32,000 bases of DNA from Rhodobacter capsulatus SB 1003 (GCF_000021865.1 NC_014034.1:2970001-3002000), one strand, 5' to 3'. Shown: positions 1 to 9,000, numbered from the stretch's first letter. Numbers and translations are program-made. The notes: generated from the sequence alone by a model not told the origin.

Positions 1-383
1 CGGTCCATCACCACAAGCTTGCCCGCCGCCCGCGCCCGCGCCGCCGCCTCGGGGTGGATCACGCCGAGCTGCAGCCAGAGCACCCGCGCCTCGGGGCGGT
101 GCGCCAGCATCTGATCGACCACCCCGGGCACGGCCTCGGGGGCGCGAAAGACATCGACCATGTCGATCACGATCTCTTTCGGGATCGCCGCCAGATCGGC
201 ATGGACCGTCTCGCCCAGCGCCACCTGCCCGGCCAGCCCCGGATTGACCGGGATCACCCGGTAGCCGCGCGCCTGCAAAAACGCCGCCACCGCATGCGCG
301 GGGCGGTCGGGATTGGCGGAAAAGCCCAAAAGGGCGATCGTGCGGGTCGCGGTCAGGATCTCGCGCAGCTCGGCATCCGTCAT
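1..383 (-). CDS. CoA-binding domain protein (YccU/YneT-like); C-terminal end runs off the window
   Basis: Not in the ORF track because there is no stop inside the window. Hand translation of the reverse strand from CAT at 381-383 gives MTDAELREILTATRTIALLGFSANPDRPAHAVAAFLQARGYRVIPVNPGLAGQVALGETVHADLAAIPKEIVIDMVDVFRAPEAVPGVVDQMLAHRPEARVLWLQLGVIHPEAAARARAAGKLVVMD.., open to position 1. The pattern IALLGFS..P.RPA..V...L...GY.V.PVNP is typical of small CoA-binding Rossmann-like proteins. Confidence 0.7.
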   Translation of the reverse strand, partial: MTDAELREILTATRTIALLGFSANPDRPAHAVAAFLQARGYRVIPVNPGLAGQVALGETVHADLAAIPKEIVIDMVDVFRAPEAVPGVVDQMLAHRPEARVLWLQLGVIHPEAAARARAAGKLVVMD

Positions 384-569
384 CGGGCCTCCGGTCAGAA
401 AAAGCGCCCGGACCACTTGGGCACCGGGCGCGAAAGTGCGGAACGAGGGACAGTGACAGTCAACGCGGAGGTTCCGGATCCGCGTCTCACCACTGAGACA
501 TAGGAATGTGAAAGCCGCGTTAAAGGGTCGCAGCCAAAGATTCCCGAAAAATCGCCCTTTCGTGATCTT

Positions 570-590
570 GGCCGCCCTCTGTCGGCGGCC
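570..590 (-). terminator. GC hairpin just 3' of rlmB (weak terminator candidate, no clear U-tract)
   Basis: GGCCGCC (570-576) / GGCGGCC (584-590) form an inverted repeat with a 7-nt loop, 5 nt downstream of the rlmB stop. The U-run on the transcribed strand is poor. Confidence 0.25.
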
Positions 591-594
591 CCCG

Positions 595-1389
595 TCAGCC
601 CTTCGTGCGGGCGCTGGTCGCGGCATAAAGCGCCACCGCCGCCGCATTCGACACGTTGAGCGAGCCGAAAGCCCCGGCAAAGGGGATCCGCACCAGATGA
701 TCGCAGGTGGCGCGGGTTTTCTCGCGCAGGCCCGGGCCCTCGGCACCCAGAACGATGGCCACGGGCCGCGTGCCCACCTCGGCCAGCCCCTCGGCAAGCG
801 TCATCTCCGCCTCGCCCGCCAGACCGATCAGCACATAGCCCATGTCGCGCAGCGCGCCCATCGCCTCGGAGAGGTTGGTGACGCGCAGATAGGGCTGGCG
901 TTCCAGCGCCCCCGAGGCGGTCTTGGCCAGGGCCCCGGTTTCGGGCGCGGAATGGCGCGCGGGCGCGACCACGGCGCGGGCCCCGAAGACCTCGGCCGAG
1001 CGCAGGATCGCGCCGACGTTATGCGGATCGGTGACGCGGTCGAGCATCACGACGAGGGGCAGCCCCGCGCCGGTCAGCGCCACATCGGCAAGCTTGCCCC
1101 AGTCGAGCGGCTTCACCTCCAAAGCCGCGCCCTGATGCACCTGATCGGGGCCAAGCGGCACATGCGCGTCGAACTTGCGCGGATCGACGATCTCGGGCGC
1201 GAGCCCGCCCGCCGCGATCGCCTCGGCCAGCTTGTCGGCGGCGTTCTTCGTCAGCACGAGGCGCAGCTTCACCCGGGCCGGGTTCATCAGCGCGTCGCGC
1301 ACGGCATGCAGACCGAAAAGCCAGAGCGTTTCCGCCGCCGCCGCCCGCTTGGCGCGTTCCTTGTCGATCACCCAATCCGGTTTCTTCAT
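595..1389 (-). CDS. rlmB: 23S rRNA (guanosine-2'-O-)-methyltransferase, SpoU/TrmH family (RlmB-like)
   Basis: 264-aa ORF with SpoU motifs LDRVTDPHNVGAILRSA, LGAEGPGL and IPFAGAFGSLNVSNAAAVALY. It lies divergent from a tRNA-Tyr gene, an arrangement I recall as common in alphaproteobacteria. Confidence 0.85.
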   Translation of the reverse strand: MKKPDWVIDKERAKRAAAAETLWLFGLHAVRDALMNPARVKLRLVLTKNAADKLAEAIAAGGLAPEIVDPRKFDAHVPLGPDQVHQGAALEVKPLDWGKLADVALTGAGLPLVVMLDRVTDPHNVGAILRSAEVFGARAVVAPARHSAPETGALAKTASGALERQPYLRVTNLSEAMGALRDMGYVLIGLAGEAEMTLAEGLAEVGTRPVAIVLGAEGPGLREKTRATCDHLVRIPFAGAFGSLNVSNAAAVALYAATSARTKG

Positions 1390-1456
1390 CTTGCACCTCT
1401 CATGCGATCTCTGTGCGCTGCGGGGCAGGCTTTGGCAAGAGGGCGCAAAATGCTGC

Positions 1457-1485
1457 TTGACGCCCCCCGCCCCCTTCGTTACATC
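1457..1485 (+). promoter_or_regulatory. sigma70-like promoter candidate for tRNA-Tyr
   Basis: TTGACG (1457-1462), a 17-nt spacer, then TACATC (1480-1485). The -10 element ends 10 nt before the mature tRNA 5' end at 1496. Confidence 0.4.
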
Positions 1486-1495
1486 GCCCCACGTC

Positions 1496-1579
1496 GGGTG
1501 ACGAGCTGCAAGGTGCGGCAGCGGACTGTAACTCCGCCGGGGAGACCCACGCCTGGTTCGATTCCAGGGTCACCCACCA
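1496..1579 (+). tRNA. tRNA-Tyr (anticodon GTA), class II with long variable arm, CCA encoded
   Basis: Hand fold: acceptor GGGTGAC/GTCACCC; anticodon stem GCGGA/TCCGC with loop CTGTAAC (GTA); variable arm CGGGGAGACCCACG; T arm CCTGG-TTCGATT-CCAGG; discriminator A plus CCA. Total 84 nt. Caveat: position 8 is G and the D arm is atypical (see findings). Confidence 0.85.
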
Positions 1580-1671
1580 CTTCCCAAAGTGGTGAGGATA
1601 CCGACAGGCCCGCTTGTGCCGGGCGCAAATCCCGCTACTGTGACGCCATTGATTGCAGCAGGCGCGAGCAA

Positions 1672-2649
1672 ATGCAGCCGGATTACACTGTTTTCTTCAT
1701 CGTTCAGGCCGGGCGGCTCGAATATGAGGCGCTGATCTTCGTGGCCTCGTTCCGCGAGGCGAACCCCGATTTCAAGGGCCGTCTGATCGCCGCCGAACCG
1801 ACCGGGGCGAAATGGTCCACGCCCGTCGCGATCTCGGATCCGGTGCGCCGCTTCCTGCGCGATCATGGCGTCGAGATCCTGCCCTTCGAGAACCGCCATT
1901 TCGGCGAAAGCTACCCGCATGGCAACAAGATCGAGGCGATGGCCGCCCTGCCCGCGGGGCCCTTTGTCTTTTTCGACACCGACACGCTGTTTCTGGGCCC
2001 GCTGTCGCAGGTGGCCTTCGAGTTCGACCGCCCCTCGGCCTCGATGCGGCGCGAGGGCACCTGGCCCGAGCCGCAGCTTTACGGCGCCGATTACACCACG
2101 ATCTGGAAAAGCCTGTACGACAAGTTCGGGCTCGATTTCGACAGTTCGCTGGACGAGAGCCAGTATGAAAACTACTGGCAAAGGTATCTGTATTTCAACG
2201 CGGGCTGGTTCTTTGGCGCCGATGCCCAGGCCTTCGGCAAGCGCTTCCTGCATTACGCCCATGCGATCCGCTGGGACACGCCCGACGCGCTGGCCAGCCA
2301 GTCGCTTGATCCCTGGCTCGATCAGGTGGCGCTGCCGCTCGTCATCCACAGTTTCGGCGGCGGCCGGCCCGGGCCCGGGCTGGCGGGGCTGGATGGCGAT
2401 GTGACCTGCCATTACCGCGCCCTGCCGCTGCTTTATGCGCGCGAGTCGGATGCGGTGGTGGCGCGGCTCGAGGCGATCTGCGCGCCGCAGCCGGTGAAGC
2501 GGATCTTGCGGCTGCACGAACCGGCCCGGAAGCTGATCTACCAGCGCAAGGGGTTGAAGCTGCGCGCGAAAATCGACCGCAACGCGCTGCCGCGGCGGGA
2601 ATCGATGCTGCGCAACGCGATCAAGCGCGAGAAGCTCTGGCTGCGCTGA
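1672..2649 (+). CDS. hypothetical protein with GT8-like nucleotide-diphospho-sugar transferase motifs (DxD)
   Basis: This is the first ATG after the tRNA inside the 508..2649 ORF; the upstream part of that ORF crosses the tRNA and runs antisense to rlmB. The 325-aa product has FFDTDTLF (DxD-like) and YLYFNAGWFF (compare the GT8 YFNSGV motif). Patches have visibly lower GC (for example about 48% over 2161-2220 by hand count). Confidence 0.7.
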   Translation: MQPDYTVFFIVQAGRLEYEALIFVASFREANPDFKGRLIAAEPTGAKWSTPVAISDPVRRFLRDHGVEILPFENRHFGESYPHGNKIEAMAALPAGPFVFFDTDTLFLGPLSQVAFEFDRPSASMRREGTWPEPQLYGADYTTIWKSLYDKFGLDFDSSLDESQYENYWQRYLYFNAGWFFGADAQAFGKRFLHYAHAIRWDTPDALASQSLDPWLDQVALPLVIHSFGGGRPGPGLAGLDGDVTCHYRALPLLYARESDAVVARLEAICAPQPVKRILRLHEPARKLIYQRKGLKLRAKIDRNALPRRESMLRNAIKREKLWLR

Positions 2650-2887
2650 GCCTGCTCCATAGTGACGCACGGCGGGTTTCCCTGACTTGCCGGATCGCCA
2701 CGACGGCGCGACCCTCGCCCCGAGACGCTCGTATACGGTGACACGCGCATCCGTCCGGGGCCTTGCCGACCGGCTTCGGCATCCTGCGGATCCGGGGCGC
2801 TCGCGGACTTTGAAGCGCCAGGGGTCATTGCCGGATTCGGATCATCGCCCGGGCGTCAACCATTGCGACCATGCTCAGGGGAAACAG

Positions 2888-4531
2888 ATGCCAGCAACTT
2901 TCATCACGACGGATTCCATCGGCGCAGGATACCAGTTCACCTTTTCCGCAAATGACGAGCAGCTGACCGTTCTGGCGGGCGCGACCCTCGGCTCGACGAC
3001 AACCTCGGCGATCCAGGCAACTTTCGCCACCGGCCTGAGCCTGTCGATCCTCGGCACGGTCTTTGGCGCACGCGGTCTGTATCTTTACGGAGAGGCGACA
3101 ACGGTGTCGATCGCCACGGGGGGCATGCTGCACACTTCGCAGCAGAACCCGATGGAGATTGGCGTTTACCTCGCCGGGACCGGATCAAGCCTGAGCAATG
3201 CCGGAACCATTTCCGCCCCGATGACCATTGGCGTGCTGTCTGCGGGCCACAACATGATCGTGAACACCGGGCGGATCGACGCGGCTTCCGCGGTGTTCAT
3301 GAACCTGTTTTCGGGCACCGGCGACAGGCTTGTCAACTCGGGCACGATCACGGCCAACAGCGCCTCGGACGGGTCGATGGACAATCGCTACAACAACGCC
3401 GTCTTCAACGAGGGCGGCAATGGCCGGATCACCAACCTGGCCGGGGGCGAGATGACCGCAATGTCCAGCGAGGGCGCCGGGGTGCGGCTGGGGGCCTATG
3501 GCGGCGGAACCGTGGTGCAGAATTTCGGCCAGATCACCTCGGCGCAGGATTGCGGCATCAACCTGGAAATGGTGAATGCCGGGCAGGCGCTGATCCGGGT
3601 GATGAATTACGGCACGATCACCGGCGGCGAGGCGGCCTTTCTGGGCAGCCAGAACGCCGATCTGCTGCTGAACTGCGGGCGGCTTGTCGGCGATGTGACA
3701 ATGGGCCTGGGGGCTGACACCCTGCGCAATGTCGGCGGCACCATCGACGGGGCGGTGCAGATGGGCGACGGGGCCGATCTGCTGATCAATTCGGGCGGGC
3801 GGATCCTTGGCGATGTCGTTCTGGGCGCGGGGGCCGATCGCTACGACGGGCGCAGCGGCGCGCTGGATGGCAGCGTCGATGGCGGCGCTGATGACGACAC
3901 CTTCATCGGCAATACCCTGGCGGCCGAGACTTTCAACGGCGGCGCGGGGCTCGATCTGCTCGACTTCCGTTTCGGCGCCGCGGTCACGGTGGCGCTGGAC
4001 GGCACCTTCGCCAATGACGGCGCGGCGCTGGGCGACAGCTACATCGGCTTCGAGAACATCCTCGGATCGCAGCGCGGCGACGTGATCCGCGGCTCGGCGG
4101 GCGACAACAGCCTTGCCGGGCTGGGCGGCGCCGACCGGCTCGACGGCGCGGCGGGCAATGACGCCTTCACCGGCGGCGCGGGCGCCGACACGCTGACCGG
4201 CGGGCTGGGCAACGACCTTTTCCGCTTCACCGCGCTTGGCGATTGCGGCGACGTGATCACCGATTTCGGCGCCGTCACCGGCAACAACGACTCGTTCCGG
4301 ATCGTGGCCTCGGCCTTTGGCGGCGGGCTTGCGACCGGCACCCTGGCCGGGTCGGCCTTCCTTGCCCGCAACGACAACCTGGCGCAGGACGCCAGCGACC
4401 GCTTCATCTTCCGCACCACCGACACGACGCTGTGGTTCGATGCCGACGGGTCGGGCGCGGGCGCGGCGGTGCTGGTGGCCGATCTGCAGGCGGGCGCGGC
4501 CCTGACTGCCGCCGATATCGTGCTGATCTGA
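2888..4531 (+). CDS. RTX (hemolysin-type Ca-binding nonapeptide repeat) protein with N-terminal beta-helix-like NxGxI repeats
   Basis: ATG at 2888 is preceded by AGGGGA and is in frame within ORF 2687..4531. The N-terminal two thirds carry periodic N-x-G-x-I motifs (NAGTISA, NTGRIDA, NSGTITA, NFGQITS, NYGTITGG, NCGRLVGDV, NVGGTIDGAV, NSGGRILGDV). These are followed by canonical GGxGxD repeats (GSAGDNSLAGLGGADRLDGAAGNDAFTGGAGADTLTGGLGNDLF) and a C-terminal TLWFDADGSGAGAAVLVADLQAGAALTAADIVLI tail typical of RTX proteins. Confidence 0.85.
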   Translation: MPATFITTDSIGAGYQFTFSANDEQLTVLAGATLGSTTTSAIQATFATGLSLSILGTVFGARGLYLYGEATTVSIATGGMLHTSQQNPMEIGVYLAGTGSSLSNAGTISAPMTIGVLSAGHNMIVNTGRIDAASAVFMNLFSGTGDRLVNSGTITANSASDGSMDNRYNNAVFNEGGNGRITNLAGGEMTAMSSEGAGVRLGAYGGGTVVQNFGQITSAQDCGINLEMVNAGQALIRVMNYGTITGGEAAFLGSQNADLLLNCGRLVGDVTMGLGADTLRNVGGTIDGAVQMGDGADLLINSGGRILGDVVLGAGADRYDGRSGALDGSVDGGADDDTFIGNTLAAETFNGGAGLDLLDFRFGAAVTVALDGTFANDGAALGDSYIGFENILGSQRGDVIRGSAGDNSLAGLGGADRLDGAAGNDAFTGGAGADTLTGGLGNDLFRFTALGDCGDVITDFGAVTGNNDSFRIVASAFGGGLATGTLAGSAFLARNDNLAQDASDRFIFRTTDTTLWFDADGSGAGAAVLVADLQAGAALTAADIVLI

Positions 4532-4632
4532 CCGGCAATATCTTCGACGGCACCACATCTTCGAAGCTGAATGTGTTTGAAGGGGCACGGGCGGGCGGCT
4601 AGGCTCGCCCGCGACCATTCAGGGAGACCCCG

Positions 4633-5916
4633 ATGACCGACCAGGCCTTTGACACGCTGCAAATTCACGCGGGCGCCGAACCCGATCCCGCGACGGGCGC
4701 GCGGCAGGTGCCGATTTACCAGACCACCTCCTATGTCTTCAAGGACGCCGACCATGCCGCGCGCCTGTTCGGGCTGCAGGAGGTGGGCTATATCTATTCC
4801 CGCCTGACCAACCCGACCGTTTCGGCACTGGCCGCCCGCGTTGCGGCGCTTGAAGGCGGCGTGGGCGCGGTCTGCTGCTCGTCCGGCCATGCGGCGCAGA
4901 TCATGGCGCTGTTTCCGCTGATGGGGCCGGGGCTGAACATCGTCGCCTCGACCCGGCTTTACGGCGGCACGATCACCCAGTTCAGCCAGACCATCAAACG
5001 CTTCGGCTGGTCCTGCACCTTTGTCGATTTCGACGATCTGGCGGCGCTCGAGGCCGCGGTGGATGACAACACCCGGGCGATCTTTTGCGAATCGATCTCG
5101 AACCCGGGCGGCTACATCACCGACCTGCCCGCCGTCGCGGCGGTGGCGAACAAGGTCGGCCTGCCGCTCATTGTCGACAACACGCTGGCCTCGCCTTATC
5201 TCTGCCGCCCGATCGAGCATGGCGCGACGCTGGTTGTCCATTCCGCCACGAAATACCTGACCGGCAACGGCACGGTGACGGGCGGGGTGATCGTCGATTC
5301 GGGCAAGTTCGACTGGTCGGCCTCGGGCAAGTTCCCCAGCCTTTCGGCGCCCGAACCCGCCTATCACGGGCTGAAGTTCCACGAGGCACTCGGCCCGATG
5401 GCCTTCACCTTCCATTCGATCGCCGTCGGGCTGCGCGATCTGGGCATGACGATGAACCCGCAGGGCGCGCATTACACGCTGATGGGGATCGAGACGCTCA
5501 GCCTGCGCATGGACAAGCACGTCGCCAATGCGAAGGCGGTGGCGGAATGGCTGGCCAAAGACCCGCGCATCGACTTCGTCACCTGGGCCGGGCTGCCCTC
5601 CTCGCCCTGGCACGAACGCGCCGAGCGGCTTTGCCCGAAGGGGGCGGGGGCGCTTTTCACCGTCGCGGTCAAGGGCGGCTATGAGGCCTGCGTGAAATTG
5701 GTCAACAATCTCAAGCTGTTCAGCCATGTGGCAAACCTGGGCGACGCGCGCTCGCTGATCATCCATTCGGCCTCGACCACGCACCGTCAGCTGACCGAGG
5801 AACAGCAGATCAAGGCGGGGGCGGCGCCGAATGTGGTGCGGCTCTCGATCGGGATCGAGAATGCCGCCGATCTGATCGCCGATCTGGATCAGGCTCTGGC
5901 CGCCGCCACCGCCTGA
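4633..5916 (+). CDS. metY: O-acetylhomoserine sulfhydrylase (aminocarboxypropyltransferase), PLP-dependent
   Basis: 427-aa ORF with AGGGAG Shine-Dalgarno upstream. The N-terminus FDTLQIHAGAEPDPATGARQVPIYQTTSYVF and the PLP-lysine context HSATKYLTGNG are typical of MetY/Cys-Met metabolism enzymes. Confidence 0.9.
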   Translation: MTDQAFDTLQIHAGAEPDPATGARQVPIYQTTSYVFKDADHAARLFGLQEVGYIYSRLTNPTVSALAARVAALEGGVGAVCCSSGHAAQIMALFPLMGPGLNIVASTRLYGGTITQFSQTIKRFGWSCTFVDFDDLAALEAAVDDNTRAIFCESISNPGGYITDLPAVAAVANKVGLPLIVDNTLASPYLCRPIEHGATLVVHSATKYLTGNGTVTGGVIVDSGKFDWSASGKFPSLSAPEPAYHGLKFHEALGPMAFTFHSIAVGLRDLGMTMNPQGAHYTLMGIETLSLRMDKHVANAKAVAEWLAKDPRIDFVTWAGLPSSPWHERAERLCPKGAGALFTVAVKGGYEACVKLVNNLKLFSHVANLGDARSLIIHSASTTHRQLTEEQQIKAGAAPNVVRLSIGIENAADLIADLDQALAAATA

Positions 5917-5927
5917 GGCCTGCAACG

Positions 5928-5961
5928 AAAAGCCGCCCTCACTTTCCGGTGGGCGGCTTTT
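5928..5961 (+). terminator. Rho-independent terminator after metY
   Basis: AAAAGCCGCCC (5928-5938) / GGGCGGCTTTT (5951-5961) form a stem with a 12-nt loop and a T-run, 12 nt after the metY stop. Confidence 0.7.
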
Positions 5962-6082
5962 CATGCGCGGTTTTCTGCTTTACCTAGCTTTCCCTGTGCG
6001 GTGCCCGTATCGGCGCCTCTGTCCCTGTGTTAATGCTGCGACGCCCCGCGGGGCGCCCCTGCCCCTGTGTTGAAGCCAAGGC

Positions 6083-9000
6083 ATGAAACCGAACTTCGCC
6101 CTCAATCTCTCGCATGACGGAATCGGATTGCTTCACCGCGGCAAGAGCGGCTGGGAGCGGGTGGGCGAGGTGGCGCTGGACGCCCCCGATTTCGGCGAGC
6201 GGCTGACCGCGCTGCGCCGCGCCGCAAAGACGCGCGCGCCCGAGGGCGTGACCACGAAGATCGTCGTCCCCGCCTCGCAGATCCTTTACACCGAGATCAC
6301 CGCCCCCGGGCCGCAATCCGCCGTGCGGCGTCGGCAGATCGCCGATGCGCTGGAGGGGATGACGCCCTATGCGGTGCCCGATCTGGTCTTTGACTGGTGC
6401 GGTCAGGGCGAGGTGGTGCAGGTCGCCGTCGTCGCGCGTGAAACGCTTGCCGAGGCCGAGGCCTTTGCCGATGATTGCGGCTTCTTTCCGGTGTCCTTCG
6501 TGGCCGCCCCCGATCCGGCGCAATTCGCGGGCGAGCCTTGGTTCGGCATCACCACCACCGCCCCCGCGCATCTGCCGCAGGGCGCAAGGATCGAACGCGA
6601 CACCGAGGCGCTGCCGCTGGATCTGCTGCACGCCGCCGCCGCTCCGGTCGCCCCCGCGCCTGAACCCGAACCTGCGCCCGCGCCCGCGCTTCAACCTGCG
6701 CCCGAACCCGCGCCCGAGATTTCGCCTCCGGCGCAGGCGCTGACGCCCCCGGCCCCGGCGCAGACCGCGCCCGAACCGCCCGCCGCCAAACCCGCGGCAG
6801 AGGTCGCCCCCGTCAAGGCGCCCGCGGCAGAGGCCGCCCCGATCCCGACCGAACCGACCCCGGCCGCCGACCCGAAACCGGCCCCGAAACCGGCGCAAAA
6901 ACCCGCCGCCAAACCCGCGCCTGAACCGGAAAAGGCCGCCGCCCCGGTTGCCCCGGCCACGCCCGCGACGGAGGCCGCAGAGGCCCCGGCCGCCGCGCCG
7001 AAGCCTGCCAAGCCGCAAGCCGCAGAGCCGCCGAAAGCCGCGGAGCCCACGCCGCCCGCCCCCGCCGCGCCGAAAGCGAAGCCCGAGCCGCAACCGAAGC
7101 CCGCGCCGCAACCGACGCCGGAAGCGCAGGGCAAGCCGGAAGCGCAGGCCAAGTCCGAGCCGCAGCCCAAGCCGCAACCGAAGCCGGAGGCCCAGTCCAA
7201 ACCGGACCCCGCCCCGAAAGCGCCCGCCGCCAAGGCGGAGACCCCGGCCCTGGCCGAGAAGGGCCTCGATCTGCTGGCGGCGCTGGAAGAAACGCAGCTG
7301 AGCGGCATCGACACCGTGCCGCCGCTGAAGATCGACATGCCCGAGGCCCCCGCCGCCGCGCCGCGTCCGGGCGATGCCGCCCGCGCCGGGGCTGCGGCCC
7401 GCAAGCCGCTGCCGGGCGCGGCCCGTCCCGGAACGACGCCCGACGGCGCAGACAGCGCAAAACCCGCGCCGCGCAAACCGCTGCTGGCCGAGACCGACCG
7501 CCCCGCTTCCGCCGCCGCCGACCCGGCCGCGCCGCTCAGGCAACCGGACCTGCCCGCCGCCGCCGAGGCCCCCGGCGCGACCGAGCCCTTGCGCAAGATC
7601 GCCGAGGACGGGCGCCGTCTGGCGGCGCTTGGGGCGGCGGCGCTCGAGACGACCGCGAGCAAGGCGCTGGCCAAGGCGCGCGACCTGCGTCCGGGCGCGG
7701 CCACGGCCGAGCCCTCCGCCGCCGAGGCCGCGCCCGAGGCCGATCCCGCAGAGGCGCGGACGGTTTTCGGCGCCCGCAAGACGCCCCGGATCGGCGGCAA
7801 GCCGAAATACGTGGGCGTGACGCTGCTGGGCGGGCTGGTGGCCTTCCTGGCCATCGCCGCGCTGTGGTCGAGCTTCCTGATCGAGCCCGAGGCCCCGACC
7901 GAGGCCCCGGCCCCGACCGAGGCGATCGCCACCGCCCCCGCGGCGCCGGACGCCACACCCGAAGCCGCCACCGCCCCGCAGGCGCCCGCCCCGACACCGC
8001 CCGCAAGCCCGGCGACGGATGCGGTCCCGGCGACGGACACGCCGCCCGAACCGACGCCGCCCGCGACGGCGACGCCCGCCCCCGAAACGCCTGCGCCAGA
8101 GACGCCCGCGACTGCGACGCCCGCCCCTGAAACGCAAGCCCCCGCGGCGGAAGCGCCCCTGACGCTGCCCGCGCTGCCGACCCTGCCGCCGCTCACGACG
8201 CCGCCCGCGGCAACGGCCCCCGAGGGTCAGCCGCCCGTTCAACCGGCCGTCCCGGGGGCTCCGGCCGCCGCGCAGGCGACGCCGAGCCGCGACGGCACGC
8301 TGACCGCCGAGGGCTTCACCCTGTTCGAGGGCACGCCGCCGTCGAAATCGAAACCGCGGCCCGCCTCGGTCAGCCGTGCCGCGACGGAAGCCGCCGAAGC
8401 GGCCGCGGCCCCGCCCGCCGATCCGGCGCTGAAAAACGCCCGGCCGAAAGCCCGCCCGGCCTCGGTCGCGGCGGCTGCGGCGAAAGCGGCCGCGACCCCG
8501 CCCGCCGCCACGGAGCCCGCAACGCCCCCCGGCGAGGCCGCCCCGGCCGCCAGCCCCGAGGAGGGCGCGCTGCTGGCCCCGGGCCTCTCGCCCGATCTGG
8601 CGCGGGTGCTGCGCCGGGCGCAGCCGAAGGAACGGCCCGGCTCGGTCGAACGGCGTGCCGCTGCCGCGCTGGCCGAGGCCGAGGCCGCGAAAGCCGCCGC
8701 CGAGACGGCGCTTGCCGCGGAAACCGCCGCGGCAGAGGCCGGGCTCGCCTCCTCCCGCCGTCCGATGACGCGGCCGCGCAATTTCGAAGCCTCGGTGCAA
8801 AGCGCGCTGGCCGCCGCCATCGCCGCCGAACCGCCGCCCCCGGCGCGCGTCGCCGCGGTCGAGCCCGCCCCCGTCGCGCCGGAAAAACCCGTCCGCGCCA
8901 AGCCCTCGCCGCCGCCCGAACCGACGGTGATTTCCGGCCCCGATGTCGAGACCGGCGAGGTCGAATCCGCCGCGGTGATCCCGCGCGGGCCCACCGCCGC

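Noticed and set aside
508-1671. 5' part of the 713-aa ORF 508..2649
   Set aside because: It reads antisense through rlmB and straight across the tRNA-Tyr gene. The real CDS can only begin after 1579, and the first ATG is at 1672.
1580-4632. Classical tRNA-flanked genomic island (integrase plus att direct repeat)
   Set aside because: No integrase or recombinase ORF is present, and I found no second copy of the tRNA-Tyr 3' end by eye at the far border. Only the weaker 'accessory islet' interpretation is kept as a finding.
4039-5964. 641-aa minus-strand ORF opposite metY (and the similar 3185..4618 ORF opposite the RTX gene)
   Set aside because: Both are antisense shadows with Arg-rich translations and no motifs. 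The opposite strands encode unmistakable MetY and RTX proteins.
6640-8260. Highly repetitive DNA that could be mistaken for a CRISPR array or satellite
   Set aside because: The repeats are short, imperfect, in-frame codon repeats (PAPEPK-type) inside a CDS. There is no regular repeat-spacer architecture.
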